Virus record (IMG/VR): IMGVR_UViG_3300046411_001024
Reading direction: 5' to 3' (one strand)
Source of the DNA: an uncultured virus (IMG/VR IMGVR_UViG_3300046411_001024)
Lineage: Duplodnaviria > Heunggongvirae > Uroviricota > Caudoviricetes
Length of the DNA: 64,000 nucleotides
Shown here: piece by piece, positions 27,350 to 36,384 of the stretch
Numbering within the stretch: the first letter of the stretch is position 1
How the letters are laid out: each line of letters begins with the position of its first letter
Made by a program: the position numbers and the translations under genes
Notes under the pieces: model-generated
Told to the model about the DNA's origin: nothing
Database searches by the model: none
The model's input: only the letters and a program-made list of their open reading frames with translations

Positions 27350-27898
27350 CTATGGGGTTATACTCTCCCATCCGAGTTGTTTAATTTCTGGATCTACTTT
27401 AGTCATCACATTAAGTAAATCTTGTTTCTCTAACTTGAACACTTTGTAGAATTCAGGATCGTGTTCTTTTATAGACTCAGTATTATGTATAAGGTCAAAA
27501 ACTTTTATCGTTTGTACTTCCTTACTACCTTGAGCAAGATGGTCACGATCCATTGCTTTTCTAGTAGCACGATTCCCATCTTCTGGCTTTGATACATCAG
27601 TCAAACCTCTAACCAGTTCGCTAACTTTGTCGCCAAAGAATCGTGCTATTTCTTCATGTGATGCAGGTGTATCTTCAACTACATCATGCAATAATGCTGC
27701 CATGTACATATCCTCAGTAGTATCTTTGTAATTAATTCTTAATAATTCAGCAACTGCTGTAGGATGTGTGATGTATGGCTCGCCAGTGTACTTTCTCTTT
27801 TGCCCAATATGAGCATTCTTCGCATAAGTACCAGCGAGATTTATTCTTGGGGAAAATATGCCTTTAAACAAATTTCCGTCGTGCTTTTTAACTGGCAA
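27350..27898 (-). CDS. HD-domain (p)ppGpp hydrolase-like protein (SpoT-HD/Mesh1 family)
   Basis: AH.GQKRKYTGEPYITHP, AALLHDVVEDT, IK..DLIHN; likely TTG start behind GAGG. Confidence 0.88.
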   Translation of the reverse strand: MPVKKHDGNLFKGIFSPRINLAGTYAKNAHIGQKRKYTGEPYITHPTAVAELLRINYKDTTEDMYMAALLHDVVEDTPASHEEIARFFGDKVSELVRGLTDVSKPEDGNRATRKAMDRDHLAQGSKEVQTIKVFDLIHNTESIKEHDPEFYKVFKLEKQDLLNVMTKVDPEIKQLGWESITP

Positions 27899-28412
27899 CT
27901 GCCACCTCTTGTAAATGTCTATCGGCGATAACCTTTTGTAATAAAGTGAGAGTATCAAGTACATTTTTATGACCGATACCAACACCACCATTATCGTTAA
28001 AGTAATGAACACAAGTAAGTTGGTCATCAATTAAGATGTCACCATCTTTACCGAAAGTTCCTTTTTCAGTTCTACCTTTCACGAAATTAGTGACCAAGTC
28101 ACCCAAACCATTTTCTAACAACCATAACCTTTTTTGTTTGCAACTTTCAGCAAACTGGTCATCATATAATGTATGAACACTAGATAAAATTTGGATTTCA
28201 TAACCATGCTTTTCAGCAATCTGTCTAGTAGAATCCATCAATTCATCCATGTTTACCATTCTAGGAAGTTTGGTAAATAGTTTATTCTGCATAACTTCAT
28301 CACGGAACTCTTCATATATAAAAGAGTGCCTTCCATTTCTGAAGTAATAGTCGTCAAAGTTGGCTAATACACCATCCATATCGACATATATTATTTTATT
28401 ATCTTTAATCAT
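27888..28412 (-). CDS. HAD-family 5'(3')-deoxyribonucleotidase-like protein
   Basis: IYVDMDGVLANF and ILIDD motifs. Confidence 0.88.
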   Translation of the reverse strand: MIKDNKIIYVDMDGVLANFDDYYFRNGRHSFIYEEFRDEVMQNKLFTKLPRMVNMDELMDSTRQIAEKHGYEIQILSSVHTLYDDQFAESCKQKRLWLLENGLGDLVTNFVKGRTEKGTFGKDGDILIDDQLTCVHYFNDNGGVGIGHKNVLDTLTLLQKVIADRHLQEVAVAS

Positions 28413-28418
28413 ACAGTA

Positions 28419-28447
28419 ATTCTACTCCATTTTTAGACAAATGTCAA
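28419..28447 (-). promoter_or_regulatory. Early sigma70-like promoter
   Basis: TTGACA-17 nt-TAGAAT preceded by AGACGATTTTAC. Confidence 0.82.
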
Positions 28448-28488
28448 GTAAAATCGTCTATTTTTTTAGATTAAAAAGTTATTAAAAA

Positions 28489-28890
28489 TCAATTACTTAT
28501 AAACTTTTTAAGATTAGGTGGTGAAAAATTCTTACTTTTAGTCACTTTTCCTGTAGATTCATCCTTTGTGAAGGGTGTTTTTGAGTAGTTGGAACGACCA
28601 ACTTCTGCGAATGCTTTAGTTAAATCCCACCCTTTCGAGTGAGCATATCCAGCAGCAACCCAGATTAAGTCGCATACAGCATCAAGCTGTTCGACTTCAT
28701 CTTTCATTCCATATGCTGCCATGAATTCATTAAATTCTTCATCAATTAGATTAGCATATAGTTCTGCTTGTTGATTAAAACCAGTATCGGCAAGTTCTTC
28801 AGATGGTGCTTGTTGACCTGCTATTTCCATCCATTCCTTTACCATATCAAATGGTTTTTTACTTTCAAATAATTTAGTTATTCCAGCCAT
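28489..28890 (-). CDS. MazG-like / PRA-PH nucleotide pyrophosphohydrolase
   Basis: LIDEEFNEF, LDAVCDLIWV, EVGRSNYSK, GKVTKSKNFSPP. Confidence 0.85.
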   Translation of the reverse strand: MAGITKLFESKKPFDMVKEWMEIAGQQAPSEELADTGFNQQAELYANLIDEEFNEFMAAYGMKDEVEQLDAVCDLIWVAAGYAHSKGWDLTKAFAEVGRSNYSKTPFTKDESTGKVTKSKNFSPPNLKKFISN

Positions 28891-28894
28891 GTTA

Positions 28895-29185
28895 TCAATC
28901 CCAGCCATGTATTTGCTCCTTTGGTACACCAGCTTCTTCCCAGTCTGCCAGTTTTCTAGTGGGGACTCTTCTTCGTTGTCCAGTTTCAGAATTAACCACT
29001 TCGTTTGTGTAAAGTGGTTCAGTTCGTATATCTTTCATTGCAGTTGGTACTTGGTCTGATAGTTTCTCATATTCTTGAGCCAATACATCGTATGCCTGTC
29101 TCAAGTTTTTTACTTCTGCTTCAAGTTCCAATATCCTTTTCTTATCAGTAGGATCGCCAAACATATCCATTTGTTCTTCAGTCAT
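28895..29185 (-). CDS. Hypothetical coiled-coil protein
   Basis: 96-aa ORF overlapping the KAS stop; GAGG RBS. Confidence 0.65.
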   Translation of the reverse strand: MTEEQMDMFGDPTDKKRILELEAEVKNLRQAYDVLAQEYEKLSDQVPTAMKDIRTEPLYTNEVVNSETGQRRRVPTRKLADWEEAGVPKEQIHGWD

Positions 29186-30380
29186 CTAAGTTCACCTCTA
29201 TTACTTGCGACATACATTTACCACCAAAGCCAAACGAATTATTTAGCATCGTACGAGTACGAAGTTGGTTTGAGTACATTTCATTCTCACGAACTAGAGT
29301 ACCATGTACATCTATACTTGATTGTTCTAAATTTTGAATATGTGGAACCCAGCCTTGTCTCATACTTTCAATAGCATAACATCCTTCAAGAATACCAGAT
29401 GCTGCAAGTGTATGACCGATTTTACTTTTCGGTGCCCACATTTTAGTTCCTGGCATAATTTCAGTGACTGCTTCATATTCGATTGGGTCACCAGCGATAG
29501 TACTTGTACCATGAGTACATACATAATCAACTTTATCTAAACCAGCATGACTTAAAGCATCTTGCATAGAAGTACGAGTACCAGTTCCTTCTGGGTTTAC
29601 CATATCTACTGCGTCACTTGCCATACCTGCTTTGTGTAATTTAGCATATGATTTACTTCCAAACTCTTTCATCTTTTCTTCTGATTGTAAAATCATACAT
29701 GCTCCACCATCGCCCATCAAGAAACCTTGTCGTCTATCATCAAAGGGCATTGACCAGTTTGCTAATGCTCCTAAACAAGCAAAGTATTTAATACCCATAG
29801 GGAAGTTAGCACAGTCACCAGCAGTACAGATAACATAGTCATACTCATCTACTAATCTCATAGCATAATCTATATTGACCATACCAGTAGCACACGATGC
29901 GAATGTAGCAGTTGATAAACCTTTGAAGCCATAGTAAGATGTAATATGCATACATCCCATATCAGGAATCCTATTTACTGCTCTACGAGCATTACCTCGT
30001 TTCATGTACTTAATATATTCAAAGTACACATCGATTCCTTCAGTATCATTTGAAACTGTACTGGCAAGGGTTGCTACTTTAGGACTGCGTTCTATACCAG
30101 CCATCTGCATAGCTGACTCAGTAGTACTACTCATCATCTTTTGAGCATTGGTCATACTTCGCCACATCTTTTTGTCAAACCCTTCAGGCATAACTATACG
30201 ATCTTCATCATGCATAGCACCACGATGAATTACTAAGTGGAAAATTTCTTCTACTTGTTTTGCCATGCCAGGGATTTCACGAGAGTAATCATTCTCGTCT
30301 AGCATTTTTGTGAAACATTCTTCGGGAGTGATGCCGAGAGCATCGCTCATACCATAACCAACTACATGCACAGGTTTCAT
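29178..30380 (-). CDS. Beta-ketoacyl-ACP synthase (FabB/FabF family)
   Basis: Intact Cys-His-His triad (ASCATG, THGTST, IGHTL); PFD..RQGF.MGDG; NNSFGFGG. Confidence 0.93.
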   Translation of the reverse strand: MKPVHVVGYGMSDALGITPEECFTKMLDENDYSREIPGMAKQVEEIFHLVIHRGAMHDEDRIVMPEGFDKKMWRSMTNAQKMMSSTTESAMQMAGIERSPKVATLASTVSNDTEGIDVYFEYIKYMKRGNARRAVNRIPDMGCMHITSYYGFKGLSTATFASCATGMVNIDYAMRLVDEYDYVICTAGDCANFPMGIKYFACLGALANWSMPFDDRRQGFLMGDGGACMILQSEEKMKEFGSKSYAKLHKAGMASDAVDMVNPEGTGTRTSMQDALSHAGLDKVDYVCTHGTSTIAGDPIEYEAVTEIMPGTKMWAPKSKIGHTLAASGILEGCYAIESMRQGWVPHIQNLEQSSIDVHGTLVRENEMYSNQLRTRTMLNNSFGFGGKCMSQVIEVNLDD

Positions 30381-30381
30381 A

Positions 30382-30663
30382 TTATAACTCCATTAAATAT
30401 TTAGATTCTTCTTTATCTTCTTCCTCTAGTATATACTTAGTCTCGCAAAATAACTCGAAACTTCTAAGTTCTACCATACCGAATACTTTATCATTTTTCA
30501 TACGATGCTTTTCTAATAATCCATCTATGAGATCTACTTTGTTATTAAACACATATTCTTGACACTCTTCATGACTAGAAAATGATATAGAGGTAAAGTC
30601 AGTTTGTACTGTACCAATGCCTTCATACCATAACAGTGCTGTCAAAATTATAAATGTTTTCAT
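30382..30663 (-). CDS. Hypothetical secreted protein
   Basis: 93 aa, signal-like N-terminus, F.S.EEC motif. Confidence 0.65.
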   Translation of the reverse strand: MKTFIILTALLWYEGIGTVQTDFTSISFSSHEECQEYVFNNKVDLIDGLLEKHRMKNDKVFGMVELRSFELFCETKYILEEEDKEESKYLMEL

Positions 30664-31688
30664 TTAGGATATTTTTTTCTGTACTCATCCTCTATGTTTA
30701 TTAGACTTTGCATTACATTACCGAATACTAATTTAAAAGGAACTCCAGGTTTTTCTAAGAAGTCATCATAACCTAGTCCTTGTTCCTTCAACATCTTTCC
30801 TTGCTCTTGTCCTCTACCAAGTAATCGATTTGATAGATAAACATCTTCTGCTTCATCCCAAGACATACCTTTAGCATTAGTGCCTAGATGTTTTTCTAAT
30901 TTATCTTTTAGTTGCTCTCCATCAAATACAGTTTCGGGAACATCTTCATTAGTCTCTTTATTATATAGGCACGAAAATAAACCATTATGTAATCGTGACC
31001 CATATTTTACTGTTCTATTATCAGTTTCCATATCAGCATAACCGAATCGATCTAAAGTTTTAGCTAATTTATCCCATCCTTCAAACTCACCTTTTCTATT
31101 CATAAATTCAATAGATATTGCGATTCTAGTTTTAGGAGAGTTATGCCATACTGAGTGTGGTTGTCCCACATTAATTAATCCAGGATATGACATTTGAAAA
31201 CTTAATTCTTCTTTTAGATTGCCTTGATATCCAGGAAGTATTCTTTCTCTTGGTATAATATAAGTTAAATCTTTTTCAGGATCGCCTGATACATTACACA
31301 TATCAGAGTCCCACTGTTCAGCTTCACTTGCATCCCAGTATGTCATGATAGAAGTTTCTTCTTCATCAGGTCGCCATGGTTCATATATTCCAGGACTTAC
31401 CTCTTCGAATGCCCAAGTCACTCTTCCCCAGTTCGGTCTTGCTGGAGAATCGCAGTGGGGAGACATACGATAATATGGATGAGCACGAAATATACTACAG
31501 CCATATGGCATAAGCATCATGTCTCTCCATTGTTTCATCATCTCAATACGAAACCAACTATTCCTTACACATATATTACCTCGTGCTGGATTTTCTCTTA
31601 GTGGTGCTAATATTTGATGTAGGTCTTCGTTAGTAATAGGTCGTTCAAGTGTATCCTTCAACGACATGTAGTAAGGTTCGTGTTTCAT
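30660..31688 (-). CDS. Cupin/2OG-Fe(II)-like oxygenase (putative)
   Basis: PHCD..INVGQPHSV..RIAISI facial-triad pattern. Confidence 0.6.
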   Translation of the reverse strand: MKHEPYYMSLKDTLERPITNEDLHQILAPLRENPARGNICVRNSWFRIEMMKQWRDMMLMPYGCSIFRAHPYYRMSPHCDSPARPNWGRVTWAFEEVSPGIYEPWRPDEEETSIMTYWDASEAEQWDSDMCNVSGDPEKDLTYIIPRERILPGYQGNLKEELSFQMSYPGLINVGQPHSVWHNSPKTRIAISIEFMNRKGEFEGWDKLAKTLDRFGYADMETDNRTVKYGSRLHNGLFSCLYNKETNEDVPETVFDGEQLKDKLEKHLGTNAKGMSWDEAEDVYLSNRLLGRGQEQGKMLKEQGLGYDDFLEKPGVPFKLVFGNVMQSLINIEDEYRKKYPK

Positions 31689-32473
31689 GTTATATCTCTA
31701 CTCCATCCAAACTCACCATCTTCTTTTACCCATGCTGAGATAGGAGATGGTTTGTCATCTTTTACAAATAAATGTCCCATTCTTTTTTCTATCGCTTTCC
31801 AATCATGTATCCTTGAACCAGTTCGTTTATCTCTAAAGTCAATAGAAATAGTATAGGATTCTTTTTCGCCATCATAAATCATACTATGAGCACAGTCAGG
31901 TCCACCCACACATATAAGTGAGCATTTACCCATCTGGGTATCAAAGTGTTTCTTTACTTTAGGTCTAGTTTCGTCATCAAACTCTATTAAATTTATTTCA
32001 GTATATGGCATCTTTGGGTGTCTGATTTTATTCCTGCGTTCCATATTACAGTCACGAGGATCCCAGAATGCCATACTTTTATCTGCGTTTTCATCTAAAT
32101 TTACAGGGAAGTTTAATCGCCAATAATAATTGATATTATAATCGACATAATCTATGTGTGGTCTGAGTGAATATCCTGGAGGAGATACAAATATAGTACC
32201 CACCAAAGCAGGTGCCATCATATTTCTATCTAACCATTTTAGAAACTCAGGATTGAAGTTAAAATGTTTAATCCATAGATTTGCTACGAAACCATATGCT
32301 GCGTATGAGTATGAAGATTTATCAGTGTACCATTGGTCAGGTATTAAATCTTCTCTGCGTTTTGCCCAGTCGCCACTTTCTTTATCATACCTTGCTATCT
32401 GTTTAGCAAGTTCTGCTTCAGTCAATGGGAATGGAACATCCTTCAACTCTACATGATATGGTGGTCTAAACAT
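31685..32473 (-). CDS. Cupin/2OG-Fe(II)-like oxygenase (putative)
   Basis: PHID..RLNFP..AHSM..TISIDF; similar layout to 30660-31688. Confidence 0.6.
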   Translation of the reverse strand: MFRPPYHVELKDVPFPLTEAELAKQIARYDKESGDWAKRREDLIPDQWYTDKSSYSYAAYGFVANLWIKHFNFNPEFLKWLDRNMMAPALVGTIFVSPPGYSLRPHIDYVDYNINYYWRLNFPVNLDENADKSMAFWDPRDCNMERRNKIRHPKMPYTEINLIEFDDETRPKVKKHFDTQMGKCSLICVGGPDCAHSMIYDGEKESYTISIDFRDKRTGSRIHDWKAIEKRMGHLFVKDDKPSPISAWVKEDGEFGWSRDIT

Positions 32474-32787
32474 TATTTCTTTTTCGTAGTTTTAGTTTTT
32501 TTCTTTTCGTATCCATATTTTTTACGCACATAGTCCTTAGTATCTTGCCATACATGCTCCAAATAAAATTCTTCATCAGCGAAGAAATTATGGAACTTAA
32601 CCATTACTGCTCCTGTCCAATTATAAAACCTTTTGAAGATTTTACCTTGGAGTCTTTTTAAGGCACTACCTCTTGGCATTGCCCATCCTAGTATAAAAAA
32701 TAAAAGTGAAAAAGTAAGAATTATGATATAATTAACCAAGCCACTTTCCATTTCAAAAACCAATTCTTCCATTGTGTATCCTTTCAT
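32473..32787 (-). CDS. Hypothetical membrane protein
   Basis: 104 aa, one TM helix, basic tail. Confidence 0.65.
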   Translation of the reverse strand: MKGYTMEELVFEMESGLVNYIIILTFSLLFFILGWAMPRGSALKRLQGKIFKRFYNWTGAVMVKFHNFFADEEFYLEHVWQDTKDYVRKKYGYEKKKTKTTKKK

Positions 32788-32804
32788 ATTGGAAGTTAGT
32801 CAAG

Positions 32805-32940
32805 TGGTAGTTTTTTGTTAATTCGGAAACTACCAAAACCGAACGCATGACTCTCAGATAGAGGAGTTAAACTTATGAAATAAGCAACTCAGTGAAGTGG
32901 CTACTTTATTTTCTAATATGTGTAGCTTTCACCATGCGAA
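32805..32940 (-). ncRNA. Candidate structured RNA: four-way junction plus H-type pseudoknot
   Basis: CGCATG/CATGCG closes three hairpins; then a TTCGG/CCGAA stem whose loop TGGTAGTTT pairs with AAACTACCA. Confidence 0.6.
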
Positions 32941-32942
32941 TC

Positions 32943-33890
32943 TTAACCTCTAACTTTATTTATATTCACTGCTCCAATCTTTTCTAAGAAAAGAATAAAA
33001 TATTGTGTCGGATCGTTTAATCCTTTACCAAAACTAAAGTCCTTTGGATAAGAATGATGATAATCGTGGGATCCTTCTCCCCAGTTTATGAAACTTAAAT
33101 ACCATGGGACATTACGAATATGTTGTTTTCCTCGTTTGTCACTATGTTGCCATGCGTTAGTTATACCCATAGACCATTGACCGAGACCTGCACCAGCAAA
33201 TGCTGCCCATGCAAAATTAATACCCCACTCTTGAATGTATAAGTATGGACCATCGTACCAATAAAAATGTGTTAAGTAATACCCCAACTCTGGTAGCATA
33301 ACTGCTAATCCATTTGTATATGTTTCTACAATGATTCCCCATAACAACATTAATAAGTAAGCACCAAATATAGTAATACACATAGATTTAAAACTATTAT
33401 CGTGATACCATCTAGCAGTTTTATTTCTCAGTAATCCTCTTGTAAATCTTAGTGGTACATTTTCAAAGGGTACATCCCACCTATGAGTTAAAGATCTTAA
33501 AAAACCAATTTGATGTGGACTGTGCGGATCCCTTTCCTCGTCTAGATATACATGGTGCATCCGATGTATTACTGCCCAAGCTAGTGGACTTCCGATGTTG
33601 CTTACTATACAAAGAGAGCAGAAGAAGTGTTCGAGCCATTTCCATTTTACAGTAATACTATTATGTGATAAACTTCTGTGCGCATATATTGTGATAGCCA
33701 TTGCTCCGAAAAACCACCATGCCAAAACATAGGGTATTAGATCCCATCTTCCAAATACAATGATTCCTAGCAGACACAACTGGGTGAACCACCAGTATCT
33801 GATACGAAAATTAATTTTATATGTGGTTAAGTGTTGCTCTCTAAAATTACTGAGCCAATCACGCAACCTTTGAAATCCGATAGTGAACAA
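32943..33890 (-). CDS. Membrane fatty acid desaturase (delta-9-like)
   Basis: His boxes HRSLSH, HRMHH, HDYHH; DPHSP; start uncertain (TTG, overlaps acpS). Confidence 0.92.
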   Translation of the reverse strand: MFTIGFQRLRDWLSNFREQHLTTYKINFRIRYWWFTQLCLLGIIVFGRWDLIPYVLAWWFFGAMAITIYAHRSLSHNSITVKWKWLEHFFCSLCIVSNIGSPLAWAVIHRMHHVYLDEERDPHSPHQIGFLRSLTHRWDVPFENVPLRFTRGLLRNKTARWYHDNSFKSMCITIFGAYLLMLLWGIIVETYTNGLAVMLPELGYYLTHFYWYDGPYLYIQEWGINFAWAAFAGAGLGQWSMGITNAWQHSDKRGKQHIRNVPWYLSFINWGEGSHDYHHSYPKDFSFGKGLNDPTQYFILFLEKIGAVNINKVRG

Positions 33891-34180
33891 TGTATGTTTA
33901 CCCCTGTTAATTTTTTCCTCATCTCGTCACTCGGTACTAAGTTCGGTGAGATATAGGAAAACATTTTAGCTTCTTTCATACCAACGATTGGGTGTTGTCT
34001 TGCTTTCACAAATGCTTCTTTTAACACCCATACCTTTGCTAGATAATTACATTTCTGCCTATCTAACAGTCCATCATATATTTCTTTTTCAGTCGGCGAC
34101 AATATAGTTTCCGACCATTTATCCCTGCGTCTATCAAATCTAGACTCAAGAACCATATCAATTCCGTGTCCTAAAATCAT
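33827..34180 (-). CDS. acpS: Holo-ACP synthase (4'-phosphopantetheinyl transferase)
   Basis: MILGHGIDMV, LAKVWVLKEAFVKA, HCSLS motifs. Confidence 0.88.
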   Translation of the reverse strand: MILGHGIDMVLESRFDRRRDKWSETILSPTEKEIYDGLLDRQKCNYLAKVWVLKEAFVKARQHPIVGMKEAKMFSYISPNLVPSDEMRKKLTGVNIHCSLSDFKGCVIGSVILESNT

Positions 34181-34422
34181 GTTTGGTAGTACTCTCTTGA
34201 AGTGTACTTCTTCAATGTTTCTAGTTTTTCTTCAGCAGCAGAAATCTTTTCTAGTTGTTTATCTATTTCAACCATGACTTCTGAATGCTCACCTATACCA
34301 ACTGAGTTGGATATATAGACTTGCATATTAGCATTTGCTTCAGCAATATCACCTTCATATTTTTTGACTAGAGCATCAACTATTAGTTGACTTCGCTCTG
34401 TCCTGCTTAATCTCTTCATCAC
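34177..34422 (-). CDS. Conserved phage hypothetical protein
   Basis: AL..KYEG.I..A.AN..VY..NSVGIGEH motif recalled from marine myoviruses. Confidence 0.75.
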   Translation of the reverse strand: MMKRLSRTERSQLIVDALVKKYEGDIAEANANMQVYISNSVGIGEHSEVMVEIDKQLEKISAAEEKLETLKKYTSREYYQT

Positions 34423-34849
34423 TTTTTCTCTCCTCTAATATAGTTAGTTCGCCTTTATCGGGATCTATATAGTATTTATGCTCATTAATTTCGTCCATAG
34501 TTTTATTGGCTTTTTGATGCCAATCCCAAGCAGTACCTCTTACATTTTTCTGACAGAATTCAGGAAACTCTTCTCCCTCTAATACTATCTCGCAATATAC
34601 TTTATGTTCGCCTATGGTTGCTGTATTTGCTTTCGCTACTGGTACTCGTTTATCACCTTCTTCAAAAAATATTTGTCGCTCATGGTCAAGTTCAAATAAT
34701 TGATGATTGACTACATAACGAATAATACCTTCATCAAACAACTCATCAATCTTATCAACCGAAGTATTCATTACAAAACCATTCAGTTGCATCTTTAGTT
34801 TTTCGTCTTTCATGGTTGCCCATTTACGATTAATTACATTATAAGTCAT
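34376..34849 (-). CDS. Hypothetical protein
   Basis: 157-aa ORF overlapping both neighbours. Confidence 0.65.
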   Translation of the reverse strand: MTYNVINRKWATMKDEKLKMQLNGFVMNTSVDKIDELFDEGIIRYVVNHQLFELDHERQIFFEEGDKRVPVAKANTATIGEHKVYCEIVLEGEEFPEFCQKNVRGTAWDWHQKANKTMDEINEHKYYIDPDKGELTILEERKSDEEIKQDRAKSTNS

Positions 34850-35600
34850 CTATACTCGGTGCCCCAATAATATTATATCCGCAATCTACATAATGTGTTT
34901 CACCTGTCACACCTGAAGATAAATCAGATAGGAAGTAATATGCACTTCCTGCTAAATCCTGTAGAGTGATATTTCGTTTCATAGGGTTCACTCCTTCGGC
35001 ATAAGCCAACATACCCTTACTGCCTTTTACAGCCATAGCAGATGATGTTTTTATTACACCTGCCGATATACAATTTATGCGTACTCCCTTTTCCGCACAG
35101 TCTTTCGCTAAGTATCTAGTTGCTGACTCAAGTGATGCTTTTACTAATCCCATTACATTATAGTTGTCGTAAACTCTACGAGCTCCATCATAACTAAGTG
35201 TGAGATATGCCCCACCTGTGTTCATAAATTCGATACTGTTTCTTACTATATCTATCAACGAATAACATCCTACGAGTAGCGACTCACTGAAGTTTTCCTT
35301 TGATATATCCATCATCTTACCATCTAACTCACGAAAGTCAGTCATACTCATTGCGTGAACAACATAATCAATCTTAGGATAATGGTGTTTGACAGCAAGA
35401 AAAGCATTCCTTACATCCATACTATTAGATACATCGCACTTAATAGTATGAGCCATAGGCGATAGTCTAGTAATTCTTTTCTTTATGGAATCGTTTGGAT
35501 AAGTGAAGACACAAGTATATCCTTCATCTATTAACTTGTTGGCGATACCCCATGCGATGGAGCGATCGTTCGCCACTCCCATAACAACAGCTACTTTCAT
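34839..35600 (-). CDS. fabI: Enoyl-ACP reductase
   Basis: MGVANDRSIAWGIA, YNVMGLVKASLE (Y-x6-K), RINCISAG, TGETHYVDCG. Confidence 0.93.
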   Translation of the reverse strand: MKVAVVMGVANDRSIAWGIANKLIDEGYTCVFTYPNDSIKKRITRLSPMAHTIKCDVSNSMDVRNAFLAVKHHYPKIDYVVHAMSMTDFRELDGKMMDISKENFSESLLVGCYSLIDIVRNSIEFMNTGGAYLTLSYDGARRVYDNYNVMGLVKASLESATRYLAKDCAEKGVRINCISAGVIKTSSAMAVKGSKGMLAYAEGVNPMKRNITLQDLAGSAYYFLSDLSSGVTGETHYVDCGYNIIGAPSIDDL

Positions 35601-35863
35601 CTATGATTGCTTACACGAACAGTAATATCAGTTGCGTTTAACTTATCTATGTTAGGATAAGTACACTCCCAATCTTCTCTTGTCCATTTATCTGTAGCCG
35701 AATCATAAACATCAAACTGTACCTCTTTCTTTTCAGCAGTAGTTCCTTCTCTATATGCTACTACTAATCTATCTTCGGTACATACACGAACTTCACCAGC
35801 ATACTCGATACCATTCTCTAAATCTTTCAGAGTCGTGATTCTTTCTTCTAGTGGTTTTACCAT
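35597..35863 (-). CDS. Hypothetical protein
   Basis: 88-aa ORF, coupled to neighbours. Confidence 0.65.
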   Translation of the reverse strand: MVKPLEERITTLKDLENGIEYAGEVRVCTEDRLVVAYREGTTAEKKEVQFDVYDSATDKWTREDWECTYPNIDKLNATDITVRVSNHR

Positions 35864-36382
35864 TTACTTTGCCTTCTTGATAAATTTTCCATCAGGTCCT
35901 CGTTTTTGTTGGGTACTCTGATGTGGTTTTTTTGCTTTTTCTTCAGCATCTTTTGCTTCCGCAATCATTTTATCAGCTTCGTTAGTATTAATCTCAGCAA
36001 TTTTACTTGCTACAGCTGGTGTGATTTTAGGGTATATCTTATCCAACCTTTGGTCTTTAATTGCTAGAAGTATTTTAGCTTCTGCAGGTGGGACACTTTC
36101 AAGCATCTCAATAAATAAACCTTCTCTTTTTACAGGAGTAAGATCTTCTCGTTTAAAGATATAACCTATGCGTCTTGCTTCAAGATACATATTTGTTGGA
36201 GTTGCACCATCTGGCTCGTCAGCTTCTTTAAAAGGTGGGTTGCCTTCTGGTAAAATCCATTTATTCGCAGGATTAAATGCATTCTCAAAAATAATTCTTA
36301 CTAATGCGTCATCCTTGTATTTTTCAACTTCTCCAGTGTCATTAATGTCCTGAAGAATCTTTTCTATATATTTCACAGCCAT
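35864..36382 (-). CDS. Conserved T4-like hypothetical protein
   Basis: LPEGNPPFK, KREGLFIEMLE, EAKILLAIKD; usual neighbour of RNase H. Confidence 0.8.
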   Translation of the reverse strand: MAVKYIEKILQDINDTGEVEKYKDDALVRIIFENAFNPANKWILPEGNPPFKEADEPDGATPTNMYLEARRIGYIFKREDLTPVKREGLFIEMLESVPPAEAKILLAIKDQRLDKIYPKITPAVASKIAEINTNEADKMIAEAKDAEEKAKKPHQSTQQKRGPDGKFIKKAK

Positions 36383-36384
36383 AT

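Noticed and set aside
34177..34422. Possible acyl carrier protein next to acpS
   Set aside because: The size fits, but there is no (D/G)SL phosphopantetheine motif, and it resembles a common phage hypothetical family.
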